The notes below the pieces were generated by a model. The model worked only from the letters and a program-made list of their open reading frames with translations, was not told where the DNA came from and searched no databases. From the IMG/VR virus record IMGVR_UViG_3300025879_000002, positions 1 to 39,703 of that record: a stretch of DNA of 39,703 nucleotides. One strand, given 5' to 3'. This DNA is from a virus. Taxonomy: Duplodnaviria; Caudoviricetes. Made by a program: the position numbers and the translations under genes. Of the stretch, positions 22,360-33,595 are shown in pieces. The first letter of the stretch is position 1, and each line of letters opens with the position of its first letter.

Positions 22360-24863
22360 TGGGTGGTGTTGTTTCACAGAGCATACCTAATTTTCTAAAT
22401 GGTATATCTCAGCAAACACCTACACAGAGAAGTGTAAACCAAGCTGAAGACCAGATAAACTTTCAGAATAATATTGTTGATGGTTTGTCTAAAAGACCAT
22501 CTTTAGATTATATAGCAACATTAGATGCTAGTAATGTTTTTCCTAATACAACTAAAGTGTGGTCTATACAAAGAGATGAAAACAATCAATTCATTGTCGC
22601 TTTTTATAATGGTGGTGTTAAAGTTTATGATTTAGAAGGTAATGAAAAAACAGTTACTATTTCAAGTGGCTCTAGTTATTTAACTTCTACTAATCCAAGA
22701 AGAGATTTTAAATTAGTTAATATTGCTGATTACACTTTTATTGCAAACAAATCTAAAACAGTATTAGCAGACACTAGCACAAGTGCAGCTAAGAATGAAG
22801 AGTTTTATATTAACGTTGTTACAACAAACTACGGTAGAGAATATACTGTAGAGTTAACACATCCTGATATGCAAGCTGCATTAGGTTATGGATTAAAAGC
22901 TGCATTACAAATGCCATCAGGTTCTAATGCAACACATGATAGTTCATTTAGAGATACAGCGCATGTTGCTGATATATTAATGTATGGTGAATCTAGTCAA
23001 TATTTTGATGGTTCATCAGATGCAGATTTTAAAGTTGTTAGAACGGACACAGGTGCAACTTTAACTAAAACACAGGGTTTAGGAAGTTACTCTGGTTTTA
23101 CTACATACTTTGATTTCACTTTATATAACTCAGTTATTTATAGTGAACCAAAAGATAATGACCCTGATTATACTGTAACAACAGGTGATGGCTCTGGTAA
23201 CAGCGGTATGTATTCTATTAGAGATGAAATATCAGACTTTACTAAATTACCTTATCATGGTAAAGTTGGAACTAAAATAAAAGTGACTGGTGATGAAGGT
23301 GATACATTGTCTGATTATTGGGTAGCATTTGAAACTGATGGTGTATGGAAAGAAACTATAGCTCCAAATACAAGTTTAGGATTAGATAATTCTACAATGC
23401 CACATGCATTAATTAATAACAATGATGGTACATTTACATTTCAAGAAATAGATTGGACTGATAGAACTTGTGGTGATAGTGATACAAATGCTGACCCATC
23501 TTTTGTTAATAAAAAAATTCAAAACTTAACTTTCTATAAAAATAGATTAGGTGTTTTGTCTGGAGAAAATTTAATCTTTACAGAAAATGCTAGTTTCTTT
23601 AATTTCTTTTCTAGTACAGTTACACAAGTTTTAGATACAGACCCAATTGATATTGCTGCGTCTGGTACACAAGTTAACACATTAAAAAACTCTGTGTCAT
23701 TTAATGAAACATTGTTATTGTTTTCTGATACAGCACAATACAAATTAAATAGTACAGGTGAAGCAGTTACACCAACTACAGCTATACTTAATGAAGTATC
23801 AAGTTTTGAACATGATGATGCTGTAAGACCTGTGTCTGCTGGTAAGTTTGCTTACTTTGCACAATCAAGAAATAACAACACAGCAATTAGAGAATACTTT
23901 GCTGATGATGATACATTAACAAATGATGGATTAGATATAACAGTATCTGTTTCTAATTTAATACCAACAAATGTATATCAACTGATTAGTAATACTACAG
24001 AAGATACGTTAATTGCCTTAGCTTCAGACACTAACGATACACAAACAGCTCCATATACAGCAGGTAGTGCAGTTACATCTACTTATGCAAACACAATGTA
24101 CATTTACAAATACTTTTTTGATAGAGGTGAGAAAGTGCAAACAGCATGGTCTAAATGGACATTTAATGGTGTTAAGATTTTAGGTGGAATGAGTGTAGAT
24201 AGTTTTATTTATTTACTTGTTGCTGAGAACACAGATACAAAATTAGTTAAATTAGATTTAAGAAACTTAAAAGACCAAACAATAGGTTTTGGTATTTATT
24301 TAGATTTAAAAACAACAGTTACTGGTACTTATGATAGTGGCACAAATCTAACTACATTTACATCACCGTATGGTGCTAGAACTGGATTAATAGCTATTGA
24401 TACTACTAATGGAAATAACTTTAGCGCAACTAATACAACTGGGTCAACTTACACAATAGAAGGTGACCACACAAGTTTATACATTGGTGTACCATTTACA
24501 TCTACTTATAGATTATCACCACAGTATATTAGAGAAAGTTCTGGTAGAGGATTAGTGTCTATTACCTCTGGCCGTTACCAGATTAGAAACATAAGATTTA
24601 ATTATGAAAACTCTGGTTTCTTTCAAGTAGAAGTTACACCTACGGGTAGAAGTAAGAGTACAACAATTATGAACGGTTATATTATAGGTACTGCAACAAG
24701 TAAAGTAGGCGTACCTGCAATAAGCTCAGGTAGCCTTTTGGTACCCGTTATAGCTAGAAACACAGACTTTGTATTAGATATTAAGAGTAGTTCGCATCTA
24801 CCTGTATATGTTGCAAGTGCTGAAGTTGAAGGCTATTATCACACACGTTCAAGAAGGATTTAA
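22359..24863 (+). CDS. Tail tubular protein B / nozzle (gp12-like)
   Basis: GISQQ, GLSKRP, MPHALI, PSFV..FYKNRLG, QTAWSKW. Confidence 0.95.
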   Translation: MGGVVSQSIPNFLNGISQQTPTQRSVNQAEDQINFQNNIVDGLSKRPSLDYIATLDASNVFPNTTKVWSIQRDENNQFIVAFYNGGVKVYDLEGNEKTVTISSGSSYLTSTNPRRDFKLVNIADYTFIANKSKTVLADTSTSAAKNEEFYINVVTTNYGREYTVELTHPDMQAALGYGLKAALQMPSGSNATHDSSFRDTAHVADILMYGESSQYFDGSSDADFKVVRTDTGATLTKTQGLGSYSGFTTYFDFTLYNSVIYSEPKDNDPDYTVTTGDGSGNSGMYSIRDEISDFTKLPYHGKVGTKIKVTGDEGDTLSDYWVAFETDGVWKETIAPNTSLGLDNSTMPHALINNNDGTFTFQEIDWTDRTCGDSDTNADPSFVNKKIQNLTFYKNRLGVLSGENLIFTENASFFNFFSSTVTQVLDTDPIDIAASGTQVNTLKNSVSFNETLLLFSDTAQYKLNSTGEAVTPTTAILNEVSSFEHDDAVRPVSAGKFAYFAQSRNNNTAIREYFADDDTLTNDGLDITVSVSNLIPTNVYQLISNTTEDTLIALASDTNDTQTAPYTAGSAVTSTYANTMYIYKYFFDRGEKVQTAWSKWTFNGVKILGGMSVDSFIYLLVAENTDTKLVKLDLRNLKDQTIGFGIYLDLKTTVTGTYDSGTNLTTFTSPYGARTGLIAIDTTNGNNFSATNTTGSTYTIEGDHTSLYIGVPFTSTYRLSPQYIRESSGRGLVSITSGRYQIRNIRFNYENSGFFQVEVTPTGRSKSTTIMNGYIIGTATSKVGVPAISSGSLLVPVIARNTDFVLDIKSSSHLPVYVASAEVEGYYHTRSRRI
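24737..24754 (+). promoter_or_regulatory. Phage promoter candidate (phi13 position)
   Basis: GTACCC-GTTA-TAG core about 110 nt before the gp13-like gene. Confidence 0.35.
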
Positions 24864-24864
24864 T

Positions 24865-25341
24865 ATGAAAGAAGCTTTTGTAAGAAAAGCAGAATTAATA
24901 GATGCTATTGAGTTAGCACCTAGATTAAGAAAGATAGATAGAGAAGAAATAAAAGCAGCAAGCAATATTTCTTGTCTTGAAGCTTTGGTTACACCATTTA
25001 CATTTGAAACTGCAAAGACATATTCTGTAGTTAAAACTGAAACAGATGAAGTCTTAGGTATGTTTGGCTCAGCACCTGCTAATGACCCTGAGTACGGTGT
25101 AGCATGGTTATTGTCTTGTGAAGATTTATATAGACATACCAAAGAATTTGTAAAACAATCACCTCATTGGATAAATGAGATGGGACAAGGTTATACTTAT
25201 TTATATAACTTTGTAGATAAACGAAATTGGAAATCACTTAAGTGGTTACAATATTTAGGGTTTGAACCCAAAGAACAAATAGATAATTATGGTTTTGGAA
25301 ACACACCATTTTTATTAATGATAAAGGAGATACATAACTAA
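24865..25341 (+). CDS. Internal virion protein A-like (gp13 position, GNAT-like pattern)
   Basis: LYNFVDKRN...KWLQYLGF and synteny. AAGGA precedes the ATG at 24865. Confidence 0.8.
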   Translation: MKEAFVRKAELIDAIELAPRLRKIDREEIKAASNISCLEALVTPFTFETAKTYSVVKTETDEVLGMFGSAPANDPEYGVAWLLSCEDLYRHTKEFVKQSPHWINEMGQGYTYLYNFVDKRNWKSLKWLQYLGFEPKEQIDNYGFGNTPFLLMIKEIHN

Positions 25342-25344
25342 ACT

Positions 25345-25908
25345 ATGTGTGATGTTGTTACTGCGTTAAAGATAGGTACAGCGATATATTCTCATCAGTC
25401 TAAAAGAGCAATTGCTAAAGGACAAATGAGAGCTAATGAGCAGACAAGAAAAAACTCAGACCAAGCTTACCTTAATGACATATCTAAAATAGATAAAGAA
25501 GCAGTATCAGCTAGTAGAGAAAAAGCATTAGCTGATTTTAAAATAAGTCAGAAAAAAATTAGACAACAAGCTACATCTTTAAATTTAAATGCTGGTAATG
25601 CAGATAAAATTATACAAGACATTGCTGGAGCTTATGACATGCAATTTTTAGATGTTGCTAAAGATTATGAAATGGATGTATTAAAACTTTCTGACCAAAC
25701 AACTGAAGCTTATTCTGCACAACAAAGAAGATACAATAGTATTAAACCTGTATCTATGCCTAGTAATACTGGATTGTTATTAAGTGTCGCTACTACGGCA
25801 GCTGAAGGTTATCAAAAATATAATGCTAACTCATCTGCATCAACAAGTTTATTTGACTCGTCTAACACAAGCACATACGCATCAACTGATTTTGGAGATT
25901 ATAAATAA
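25345..25908 (+). CDS. Internal virion protein B (gp14-like)
   Basis: MC start, size and synteny. Confidence 0.75.
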   Translation: MCDVVTALKIGTAIYSHQSKRAIAKGQMRANEQTRKNSDQAYLNDISKIDKEAVSASREKALADFKISQKKIRQQATSLNLNAGNADKIIQDIAGAYDMQFLDVAKDYEMDVLKLSDQTTEAYSAQQRRYNSIKPVSMPSNTGLLLSVATTAAEGYQKYNANSSASTSLFDSSNTSTYASTDFGDYK

Positions 25909-28037
25909 TGGCATATAAATCAAGAGTAAGTAATAAATACATGGGAGCAACTTTTGCTGGTCAAGTTAGAGCTGCTACTACATCTGAAACAGAAGATTTA
26001 ATTAGAACATTACAAAAAGATGTTAACCCAACATTAGAAAGAATTTATAATAGAGATATTGAAAAAAAACAAGACACTGCAAAAGCTAAAATAAATGAAT
26101 TATATAACAGTGGTAAATCTTTTGATGATATAAACAATGAAATATTAGAAGGTAAACATCCAGACTTATCTGGTAGATACGTTGACAAAGTTGTCTCACA
26201 AGAAAGTGGTAAAATTGCAGCAGTAGAATCTATTGCAAATATAGAACAAAATAAAGGTAAGTATGATTTTAAAACTACTAACTTACCAGCATTTTATAAA
26301 GAATATTTACCAAGTTTTCCTGATAAAGATGGCGCATTTGCGCTTGGATTTGCTTCAGTGTTTAATGAATACAAAGCTAAAGATGCAATTAAAGATGCTC
26401 AACTTAGAAATAAATATGCAGAAGAAAAGAAAATAGAAGATGGTGCTAAGATATTATCTACAGCAACTCCTAATAATTTTTGGGAACTTACTAAAGGAAT
26501 GGTTATTAAAGTCCCACCAGCAGAAGGAGAAACTGGCACTAGATATATCAGAACATTTGAAGAAGCAAACAAGTCGGCATTATTATATTTAAACAACAGT
26601 ATTGACACCGCTTCAACAACATCTGATTTAGAAAAAATTGAAGATATTATTAAAGCTGATAGAGGTGTTGGAGTGGGTGGTAATCAATTAGGTTCCTTAT
26701 ATTCAGTAAGACAAAAAAATCCTAAAGTAGCTAAGTTAATAGAAGATTATGAAACTAAATATAGAACATTAGCTAATGCTGAATACACTCAAAGTACTAG
26801 AGCTAGAGAAACTAAAAAAAGAACTTATTTAACAGACTTGTTTAATATTGATAAAAGCACAACAGAAGGTCAATTAACGTTTGATAAAATGAGAAAAGAG
26901 GCTATCAATGAATTTCCTTCTTTAGCAGTAACCATTAATAGTGTAGCTAAAAACGTAGCTGATATACAAGAAGATAAAGGTGCTGTTACAAAATTAGAGC
27001 TAGATGTAATGCGTGGTGTTTACAATAATAACTCAGCTGCATTAGAGGAAGAGTGGAGAAAATACTCTAACAATCCTGAAACATTATCTGGTTTATATAA
27101 ACAATTAGTTACAGCAGAAACATCTGCATCTAGTGGTTATTCTTCACCATTTGAAGAAAAAGCATTTACTAGAACAGTTGATAAAATTAATAAAATTATT
27201 GTTGACCAAGTTCCTGCTGTTAATAAAAAATATCAATCACAAAAAAACCAATATATTGCAGATTTAATACAACAAGAAATGCAAGTTGATTATTTAGAGT
27301 GGTTAAAAAAAGCTGAAAATACCAAACCATCAAGATTAGCTTCTAACACAGAAAAAAATGAGTGGTATCAAAAACAACAACAATTCTTTAATGATACTTA
27401 CAATGAAAAAATTAAAACTTACAGTAACAAAACTTGGTTAACAGCATTAGCTGATAAAATTAACAAAGATGGAACTGACTTAAGTTCAGATATTGATTTA
27501 GATGATATTGTAGGTGAATATTTTGAAGACCGAGTTAATGATGCTGTGTCTCAATTTAAACCGTACGTAAGTAGAATTGAGTCTGAATCTGATTTAAACA
27601 TGATTGACAGAGCTCAAACATTAATGAGCACTGCGCAGTTTAAAAGTTTATTAAACCAAAAAGGTTTTGAAGGATACTCAACAGACCCTGTTAAACAAAA
27701 AGCATTAGCACAAGAATTAATCAAAAGATTAAATATTGATGAAAAAGATTTTACTGATGACATTAATCAGTTAAATGACACAATCAAACAAAACCTCACA
27801 ACATTTAAACTCCCACCAATAGAAACTTATACACCATTAGGATTAGTTGAAAAAGGTTCTAGTATAGAAGCACAACAGAATTTCTTTATTAATTCTTTAG
27901 AGCAGCTTGCTGGAAGACCAATCAACAAAGAACTTTACAATAAAATATTAACACCTGATGCTAAATTAAACATTGCAAAAGCATTTGATATTAGCTCTGT
28001 TCAATTAGACGCATTAGTAAACGAGTATTTAAAATAA
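25908..28037 (+). CDS. Internal virion protein C (gp15-like)
   Basis: 709 aa helical-looking protein, synteny. Confidence 0.72.
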   Translation: MAYKSRVSNKYMGATFAGQVRAATTSETEDLIRTLQKDVNPTLERIYNRDIEKKQDTAKAKINELYNSGKSFDDINNEILEGKHPDLSGRYVDKVVSQESGKIAAVESIANIEQNKGKYDFKTTNLPAFYKEYLPSFPDKDGAFALGFASVFNEYKAKDAIKDAQLRNKYAEEKKIEDGAKILSTATPNNFWELTKGMVIKVPPAEGETGTRYIRTFEEANKSALLYLNNSIDTASTTSDLEKIEDIIKADRGVGVGGNQLGSLYSVRQKNPKVAKLIEDYETKYRTLANAEYTQSTRARETKKRTYLTDLFNIDKSTTEGQLTFDKMRKEAINEFPSLAVTINSVAKNVADIQEDKGAVTKLELDVMRGVYNNNSAALEEEWRKYSNNPETLSGLYKQLVTAETSASSGYSSPFEEKAFTRTVDKINKIIVDQVPAVNKKYQSQKNQYIADLIQQEMQVDYLEWLKKAENTKPSRLASNTEKNEWYQKQQQFFNDTYNEKIKTYSNKTWLTALADKINKDGTDLSSDIDLDDIVGEYFEDRVNDAVSQFKPYVSRIESESDLNMIDRAQTLMSTAQFKSLLNQKGFEGYSTDPVKQKALAQELIKRLNIDEKDFTDDINQLNDTIKQNLTTFKLPPIETYTPLGLVEKGSSIEAQQNFFINSLEQLAGRPINKELYNKILTPDAKLNIAKAFDISSVQLDALVNEYLK

Positions 28038-28040
28038 TAT

Positions 28041-31000
28041 ATGGCAGAAATAGATTTAGGATTTTCTTGGACTGATGAAGAAAACCTGTCTTTAACAGAC
28101 AGAGGTATTGCATCAAGAAAAAGAAACAGAAGAAACAGAATTGAAAGAGCAAAGTATGACGCTATGCAAAAAGCTGAACGTCAAAAATTAGCATTAGATA
28201 AGTTACAATCAGATGAGTTTCAAGAAACTTTAAAACGTTATTATTCAGGTGGCGTATCTGATATGAATAATGTTGTGACAGGTGGTAAAGATATTAAAGA
28301 TTACACTAAGTCAGAATTAATTGAAAAGTTTTATCAAGATAGAATCTGGAGTGAATACAACACTATTGGAATAGCAAATGATGTTGGACAAGTATTAGCT
28401 AAAGATGAGCAATACAAAGGTGACTGGGCAGAAATAACACAAGTTTATGCTGACTTACCATACTTTGGTAATGAAACTATTGGGTTTTTAAAATGGGCTA
28501 AAGATTTTGTCCCTGCACTAATAGCTGACCCTATTAACTTATTTAGTTTAGGTGCTGGTAAAATTATTACTAGAGAAGCAGGTAAAACAGCTTTAACTGA
28601 ATTAACAAAACAAGAATTTGTAAAACAAACAACTAAAAAAGCTGCATTAGAAATAGGTATAAAAGAAGCAGCTTATGGCGCTACAGTAACAGCAGGAGCT
28701 GATTTAGCAAGACAAACTGCTGAAATAGATGTTGGTTTAATGACTGATTATAACTTAAGCAGAACATTAATATCATCTACTGCTGGTGGTGTCGCACAAG
28801 GAACAATTGGTGCTGGTATGGCCGCTTGGTCTGCTAAAGGTAAAGCTGGTAGATTCTATGATAAAGGTGATGGATTTAAGTCTGACTATAGTAGAGACTT
28901 TGGTTTTGCTGGTAGTAATGCAGAAGAAACTTTTTCAGGAGCTACGGGTAAAAGCAAAAAGTTTAAACCAACGACTTCTAAAAAAGTAACAAAAAAAGTT
29001 ACAGATAGAACAAGTGAAGTAGAAACAATTAATACTAAAGTTAATGATATTAAAAGAAAAACTCCTATTATAAACTTAAGTAAAATAAATCCTGATGAAG
29101 CGCACAATGCTGTTGTTAATGAATTAAAATCTACAATAAATGATTTAGTTAATAAAGGTGAAATACGAACAACTGAAAGAGTTGGTTTATTTAATCAAAT
29201 TAAAAACAAAGCTGCTAAGTTATTAGGTAAAGAAAATGCAGAAAAGTTAGATGAAGAATTAAAAGCAGCCGCTAAAATAACACCTGACTTAGCTCCTACT
29301 ATTTATGCTGGCAGAGTTAATATTTTAAATAAATCAAAAGAAGTCTTAGAGATAAAAGAATTAGCTGATAATGCAGTTGATTTAGATGAAAAAATAGCAG
29401 TTGCTGATAAGCTAATAGAAGCTTTGTCTGAAAAATCAGTCTTAGTTAAAAACCATGTGGACACTGTACAAGGTGTTTCTGATGCATTAAATCAACAAAA
29501 ATTAATGGTTGAGATGACTGATGCTGATAAACTTAGAATGGAAACAGACATAGCTATTAGCAATGAATTACCCACCTTAATTGAAAACATTAAAAAACTT
29601 TCCCCAGAACAAAAAATAAAAGCAATCAATGATATAGCAGATATAAGTAACAACGATTATCAAATGCGTAAATTGATTAAAGAAGTTAATAGAAAAACAA
29701 AGAAAAAAGAAGTTACATTTTTTGAAGCATTAAACGAATATACAACAGCTAATTTACTAGGTGACCCAACAACACATGAAATTAACTTATTGTCTTCAGC
29801 AACTAGGTTTCAAGCTAATATTGTAGAGCAATTTGTAGGTGGTTTATTAAGTCTTAAACAAGGTCAAACTAGACAAGCTATCAATCAAATGCAAATGGCT
29901 GGTGATTTACTAATAGCTCAATTAAGATTTTTTAACATAGCATTTAAAAAAGCTAAGTTGTCTTGGAAAGCTAATAGAAGTATTGGTGATACATTAGAAC
30001 ATAGATTTGACGGAAGACAGCAAAGAAATATGGAAACATATTTTAATCAATTAAAAGCATCTGATAGCAAAATAAAACAATGGATAGGAACCACCGCATC
30101 ACCTATTGGTAAAATAGCGTTTGCTACTCTTAGATTTCTAGGTGCAGGTGATACATTGATGAAAAACATTTTTAACAGAGCAGCTAGAGTTGCTAATGTT
30201 AACCAAAGAATGAGAGCTTTTTATCCTGAGTTATGGAAAAAAAGAAAGTTATTTAACAAAACACAAATTGTTGCTTTAGAAGATAATATAAGAAATACAA
30301 AAGAAAATATTAGATTTGAACAAGCACAAGACAAAGTTAATGTTAAAAAGTTAGAAAAATTAAATAATAAATTAAAAGAATTAGAACAACAAAAAATATC
30401 ACAAACTCCATTTGAAAAGAAATGGTCTGAGTTATATTATCAGTATGAAGATGAATTTGGTAACTTTAAATCTACTAATACATTTAATCCTATAGAAGCT
30501 AAAACATTAGATGACTTAACAAAATCAGTTGCTAATGACCCCTTATATGTTTCAAGACAAGCATCATTTACACAAAACCTTAAAAATGAAATGCTTGACC
30601 CAACTCAGTTTTATCCTGACCAACAACAAAGTAAAGCTAACTTAGGAGACTGGGTTTTAAAAACAGTTAACAAAGCTCCATTAATTAGAGTGTTTACTGG
30701 ATTACACTTTGTAAAAACTCCTGTTAATTTATTTAAATTAGGATGGCAAATGACCCCAGTACTTAATAAATTAAATATGGAATTTAGAGCTATGTTAAAT
30801 GCGTCTGACCCAATTGTAAGAAATAAAGCACAAGCCATTCAAGGTGTAGGTATGGCAGCGTATGGATATGCAACTTATTTAGCTTTTGCAGATAGAATTA
30901 CGGGTCATAAAGAAAAAGATAGAAAACACAGATTTGCATATAAATGGACAGATGAAAATGGTGTTACTCAATATACATCACTAAGTCGTTTCTTTCCTTT

Positions 31001-32072
31001 GTCTATTCCATTTATGGTTATGGCATCTATCAAAGATTCTATAGAAGATTTCCAAGATGTGTTTAGTGACCCATTGCACAGTGCTGAGCAAGAAAGATAT
31101 TTAGATTATCTAAGACACATTGCTGGTTCTTCATTTTCTTTGTGGTCTAACATTTTTGCTAGTAATCTTATGACACAAGATTTCTTTAAATTAACACAAA
31201 TATTTAGTGAAACAGAATCAACAGAAGAAGAAGGTAGTGCTAGCATTTCTAAATTAGAAAGATACTTTGGTAGAAGTACAAGTAAATTAATTCCATTAGC
31301 AACATCTTGGAGATGGACTAATAAAGTATTTGCAGATGGTGAGGCAGAGTTAATTACTATGACTGACCATTTGAAACAATCTAGTCCGTATGCTTTATCT
31401 AAAATTATTAATGAGAAATATTTAGGTGGACAATTTCCAGTGTTAAATTATGGTGATGCTTTGGCTCCTAAAAGAGACCCATTAGGTAATCCATATCCTA
31501 AAACTAAAGGCTTATTATTAGGACAAGCACAAGATATGTTTCCAGTTTCATCACATTGGAGTAATTCAATGATGGATAGCAATGGTAATAAAATTGTATT
31601 ATCTCAAGAAGCTAAAGATAAATTACAGCAATCTAATATACAATGGGAAAGACCTGTGTTTATTGTTAATGTTGGATTAGCAAAACCTATTAATTTAAAA
31701 GAAACTATGATAAGACAGGTTAAGCATCCTGAGACAAATGAAACGATTACATTTAAAGAAGGTACTACAGCATACGAAGCTTTATTACAACTAAAAGGTA
31801 TGTTTAAAATTAATGATAGAACTTTAAATGAAAGATTTAGAGATGAGTTAGAAGACCCTAATTCTCAATATAATTCTGTATATGGAGCTAATAGATTAAT
31901 TGGTGGTAAATATGAAGGTGACCAATACTTATTGAGTATAATTAGAGAGTATGAAAGAGAAGCTAGAGATTGGTTAAAATACTCAGGAATTATTGAAATA
32001 GAAGGAAAAGCAACTACTATTGAAAACCTTAAATCTAAAGCGGAACAAGTATTAATGAATATATACGAATAA
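28041..32072 (+). CDS. Internal virion protein D (gp16-like)
   Basis: 1343 aa, FVKTPVN pattern, synteny before the tail fibre. Confidence 0.75.
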   Translation: MAEIDLGFSWTDEENLSLTDRGIASRKRNRRNRIERAKYDAMQKAERQKLALDKLQSDEFQETLKRYYSGGVSDMNNVVTGGKDIKDYTKSELIEKFYQDRIWSEYNTIGIANDVGQVLAKDEQYKGDWAEITQVYADLPYFGNETIGFLKWAKDFVPALIADPINLFSLGAGKIITREAGKTALTELTKQEFVKQTTKKAALEIGIKEAAYGATVTAGADLARQTAEIDVGLMTDYNLSRTLISSTAGGVAQGTIGAGMAAWSAKGKAGRFYDKGDGFKSDYSRDFGFAGSNAEETFSGATGKSKKFKPTTSKKVTKKVTDRTSEVETINTKVNDIKRKTPIINLSKINPDEAHNAVVNELKSTINDLVNKGEIRTTERVGLFNQIKNKAAKLLGKENAEKLDEELKAAAKITPDLAPTIYAGRVNILNKSKEVLEIKELADNAVDLDEKIAVADKLIEALSEKSVLVKNHVDTVQGVSDALNQQKLMVEMTDADKLRMETDIAISNELPTLIENIKKLSPEQKIKAINDIADISNNDYQMRKLIKEVNRKTKKKEVTFFEALNEYTTANLLGDPTTHEINLLSSATRFQANIVEQFVGGLLSLKQGQTRQAINQMQMAGDLLIAQLRFFNIAFKKAKLSWKANRSIGDTLEHRFDGRQQRNMETYFNQLKASDSKIKQWIGTTASPIGKIAFATLRFLGAGDTLMKNIFNRAARVANVNQRMRAFYPELWKKRKLFNKTQIVALEDNIRNTKENIRFEQAQDKVNVKKLEKLNNKLKELEQQKISQTPFEKKWSELYYQYEDEFGNFKSTNTFNPIEAKTLDDLTKSVANDPLYVSRQASFTQNLKNEMLDPTQFYPDQQQSKANLGDWVLKTVNKAPLIRVFTGLHFVKTPVNLFKLGWQMTPVLNKLNMEFRAMLNASDPIVRNKAQAIQGVGMAAYGYATYLAFADRITGHKEKDRKHRFAYKWTDENGVTQYTSLSRFFPLSIPFMVMASIKDSIEDFQDVFSDPLHSAEQERYLDYLRHIAGSSFSLWSNIFASNLMTQDFFKLTQIFSETESTEEEGSASISKLERYFGRSTSKLIPLATSWRWTNKVFADGEAELITMTDHLKQSSPYALSKIINEKYLGGQFPVLNYGDALAPKRDPLGNPYPKTKGLLLGQAQDMFPVSSHWSNSMMDSNGNKIVLSQEAKDKLQQSNIQWERPVFIVNVGLAKPINLKETMIRQVKHPETNETITFKEGTTAYEALLQLKGMFKINDRTLNERFRDELEDPNSQYNSVYGANRLIGGKYEGDQYLLSIIREYEREARDWLKYSGIIEIEGKATTIENLKSKAEQVLMNIYE

Positions 32073-32087
32073 AGTACCCCTTTTAGA
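32070..32087 (+). promoter_or_regulatory. Phage late promoter candidate (phi17-like)
   Basis: TAAAGTACCCCTTTTAGA(AGA), 17/18 match to the 17135 copy. Confidence 0.8.
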
Positions 32088-32104
32088 AGAGATAAAACAT
32101 AAAT

Positions 32105-33577
32105 ATGGCTAATTCATTTGTAAGATATACGGGTAACGGCTCCACAGCCGCATACGCTATCCCTTTTTCTTACAGAAGTGCTGATGATTTATCAGCTACA
32201 GTTAATGGTGTAAATGTCACAGCTTACACTTTAGACGCTGCTGGTACTACATTAACATTTGATACAGCGCCTGCTGACCAATCAGCTATTGAAATCAGAC
32301 GTACTACAAGTCAATCTACTAAATTAGTTGACTATGTATCAGGCTCAGTATTAACTGAGAATGATTTAGATACAGATTCTGACCAAGCATTTTATATGTC
32401 TCAAGAAGCTATTGACAAAGCTGGAGACGTTATTACACTTGATGGTGCTGACTTTCAATGGGATGTACAGAACAAAAGATTAAAAAATGTTGCGGCTCCA
32501 ACGGCCGACACAGATGCTGTTAATAAAGCATTTATCTCAACAAATTTACCTAACATCACAACGGTAGCTGGTATCAGCAGTGATGTTACTACAGTTGCGG
32601 GCATTAGCTCTGACGTAGAGACGGTAGCCGATAATGACACAAATATTACTACTGTTGCTGATAACATTAGTTCTGTTAACACTGTAGCAACAAATATATC
32701 TGACGTTATAAAAGTCGCTGATGACTTAAATGAAGCAATATCTGAAGTAGAGACTGTTGCCAACGACTTAAATGAAGCTACATCAGAAATTGAAACAGTT
32801 GCTAATAATATTGATAATGTTAATACAGTCGGAACTAACATTGCCAATGTTAACACAGTAGCTGGTAATGATACAAATATTACAGCAGTTGCTAATAATA
32901 ATACTAACATTAATACAGTAGCAGGTATCTCAAGCAACGTAACAACCGTTGCAGGTATATCATCAGACGTTACAGCAGTAGCAGGTGATGAAGCTGATAT
33001 TGGAACTGTTGCTACTGATATAGCAAATGTTAATACAGTTGCTGGTTCTATTGCTAACGTAAACACAGTTTCAACAAATATTGCAAACGTTAATTCAGTA
33101 GCGGGTAATGCTACAAATATTAATACTGTTGCTGGTAACACAACAAATATCAACACTGTTGCTGCTAATGATGCAAACATAACAACAGTAGCTGGTGCCA
33201 ATGCTAATATTTCCGCAGTGGCTACAGACATTGCTAATGTTAATACTGTTGCTACAAACATTGTAGATGTTAACAGTTTTGCAAATACATACAGCATAGG
33301 TGCGTCTGACCCAGTATCAGCAGATGAAGGTGATTTATTTTATAATTCTACTGACAATGCAATTAAATATTACAATGGTTCAGCATGGCAACAAATTACA
33401 GCAGACACAGATGTTAAGACTTTAGTTTCAGCAAATGATACAACGGCAGGTTTTTTAAATGGTAAACTAGTAGCGGGTTCAAACGTAACATTTACTGAAA
33501 ATAATGATGGTGGAAATGAAACACTTTCAATTTCTGCAACAGATAACTCAATACCTTTTGCAATAGCTTTAGGATAA
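32105..33577 (+). CDS. Tail fibre protein (gp17 N-terminal anchor plus repetitive shaft)
   Basis: T7 fibre N-terminus (IPFSY, IRRTT, GSVLTENDLD), many NVNTVA repeats, C-terminal AIALG. Confidence 0.92.
   Translation: MANSFVRYTGNGSTAAYAIPFSYRSADDLSATVNGVNVTAYTLDAAGTTLTFDTAPADQSAIEIRRTTSQSTKLVDYVSGSVLTENDLDTDSDQAFYMSQEAIDKAGDVITLDGADFQWDVQNKRLKNVAAPTADTDAVNKAFISTNLPNITTVAGISSDVTTVAGISSDVETVADNDTNITTVADNISSVNTVATNISDVIKVADDLNEAISEVETVANDLNEATSEIETVANNIDNVNTVGTNIANVNTVAGNDTNITAVANNNTNINTVAGISSNVTTVAGISSDVTAVAGDEADIGTVATDIANVNTVAGSIANVNTVSTNIANVNSVAGNATNINTVAGNTTNINTVAANDANITTVAGANANISAVATDIANVNTVATNIVDVNSFANTYSIGASDPVSADEGDLFYNSTDNAIKYYNGSAWQQITADTDVKTLVSANDTTAGFLNGKLVAGSNVTFTENNDGGNETLSISATDNSIPFAIALG
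32550..33285 (+). repeat. Degenerate ~30-bp (10-aa) coding repeat in the tail fibre
   Basis: About 20 units like NVNTVAGNIT / DVTTVAGISS. Confidence 0.85.
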
Positions 33578-33595
33578 TAATATAGGAAAAAACAA

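Noticed and set aside
32455-33297. 280-aa minus-strand ORF
   Set aside because: Antisense shadow of the repetitive tail fibre codons.
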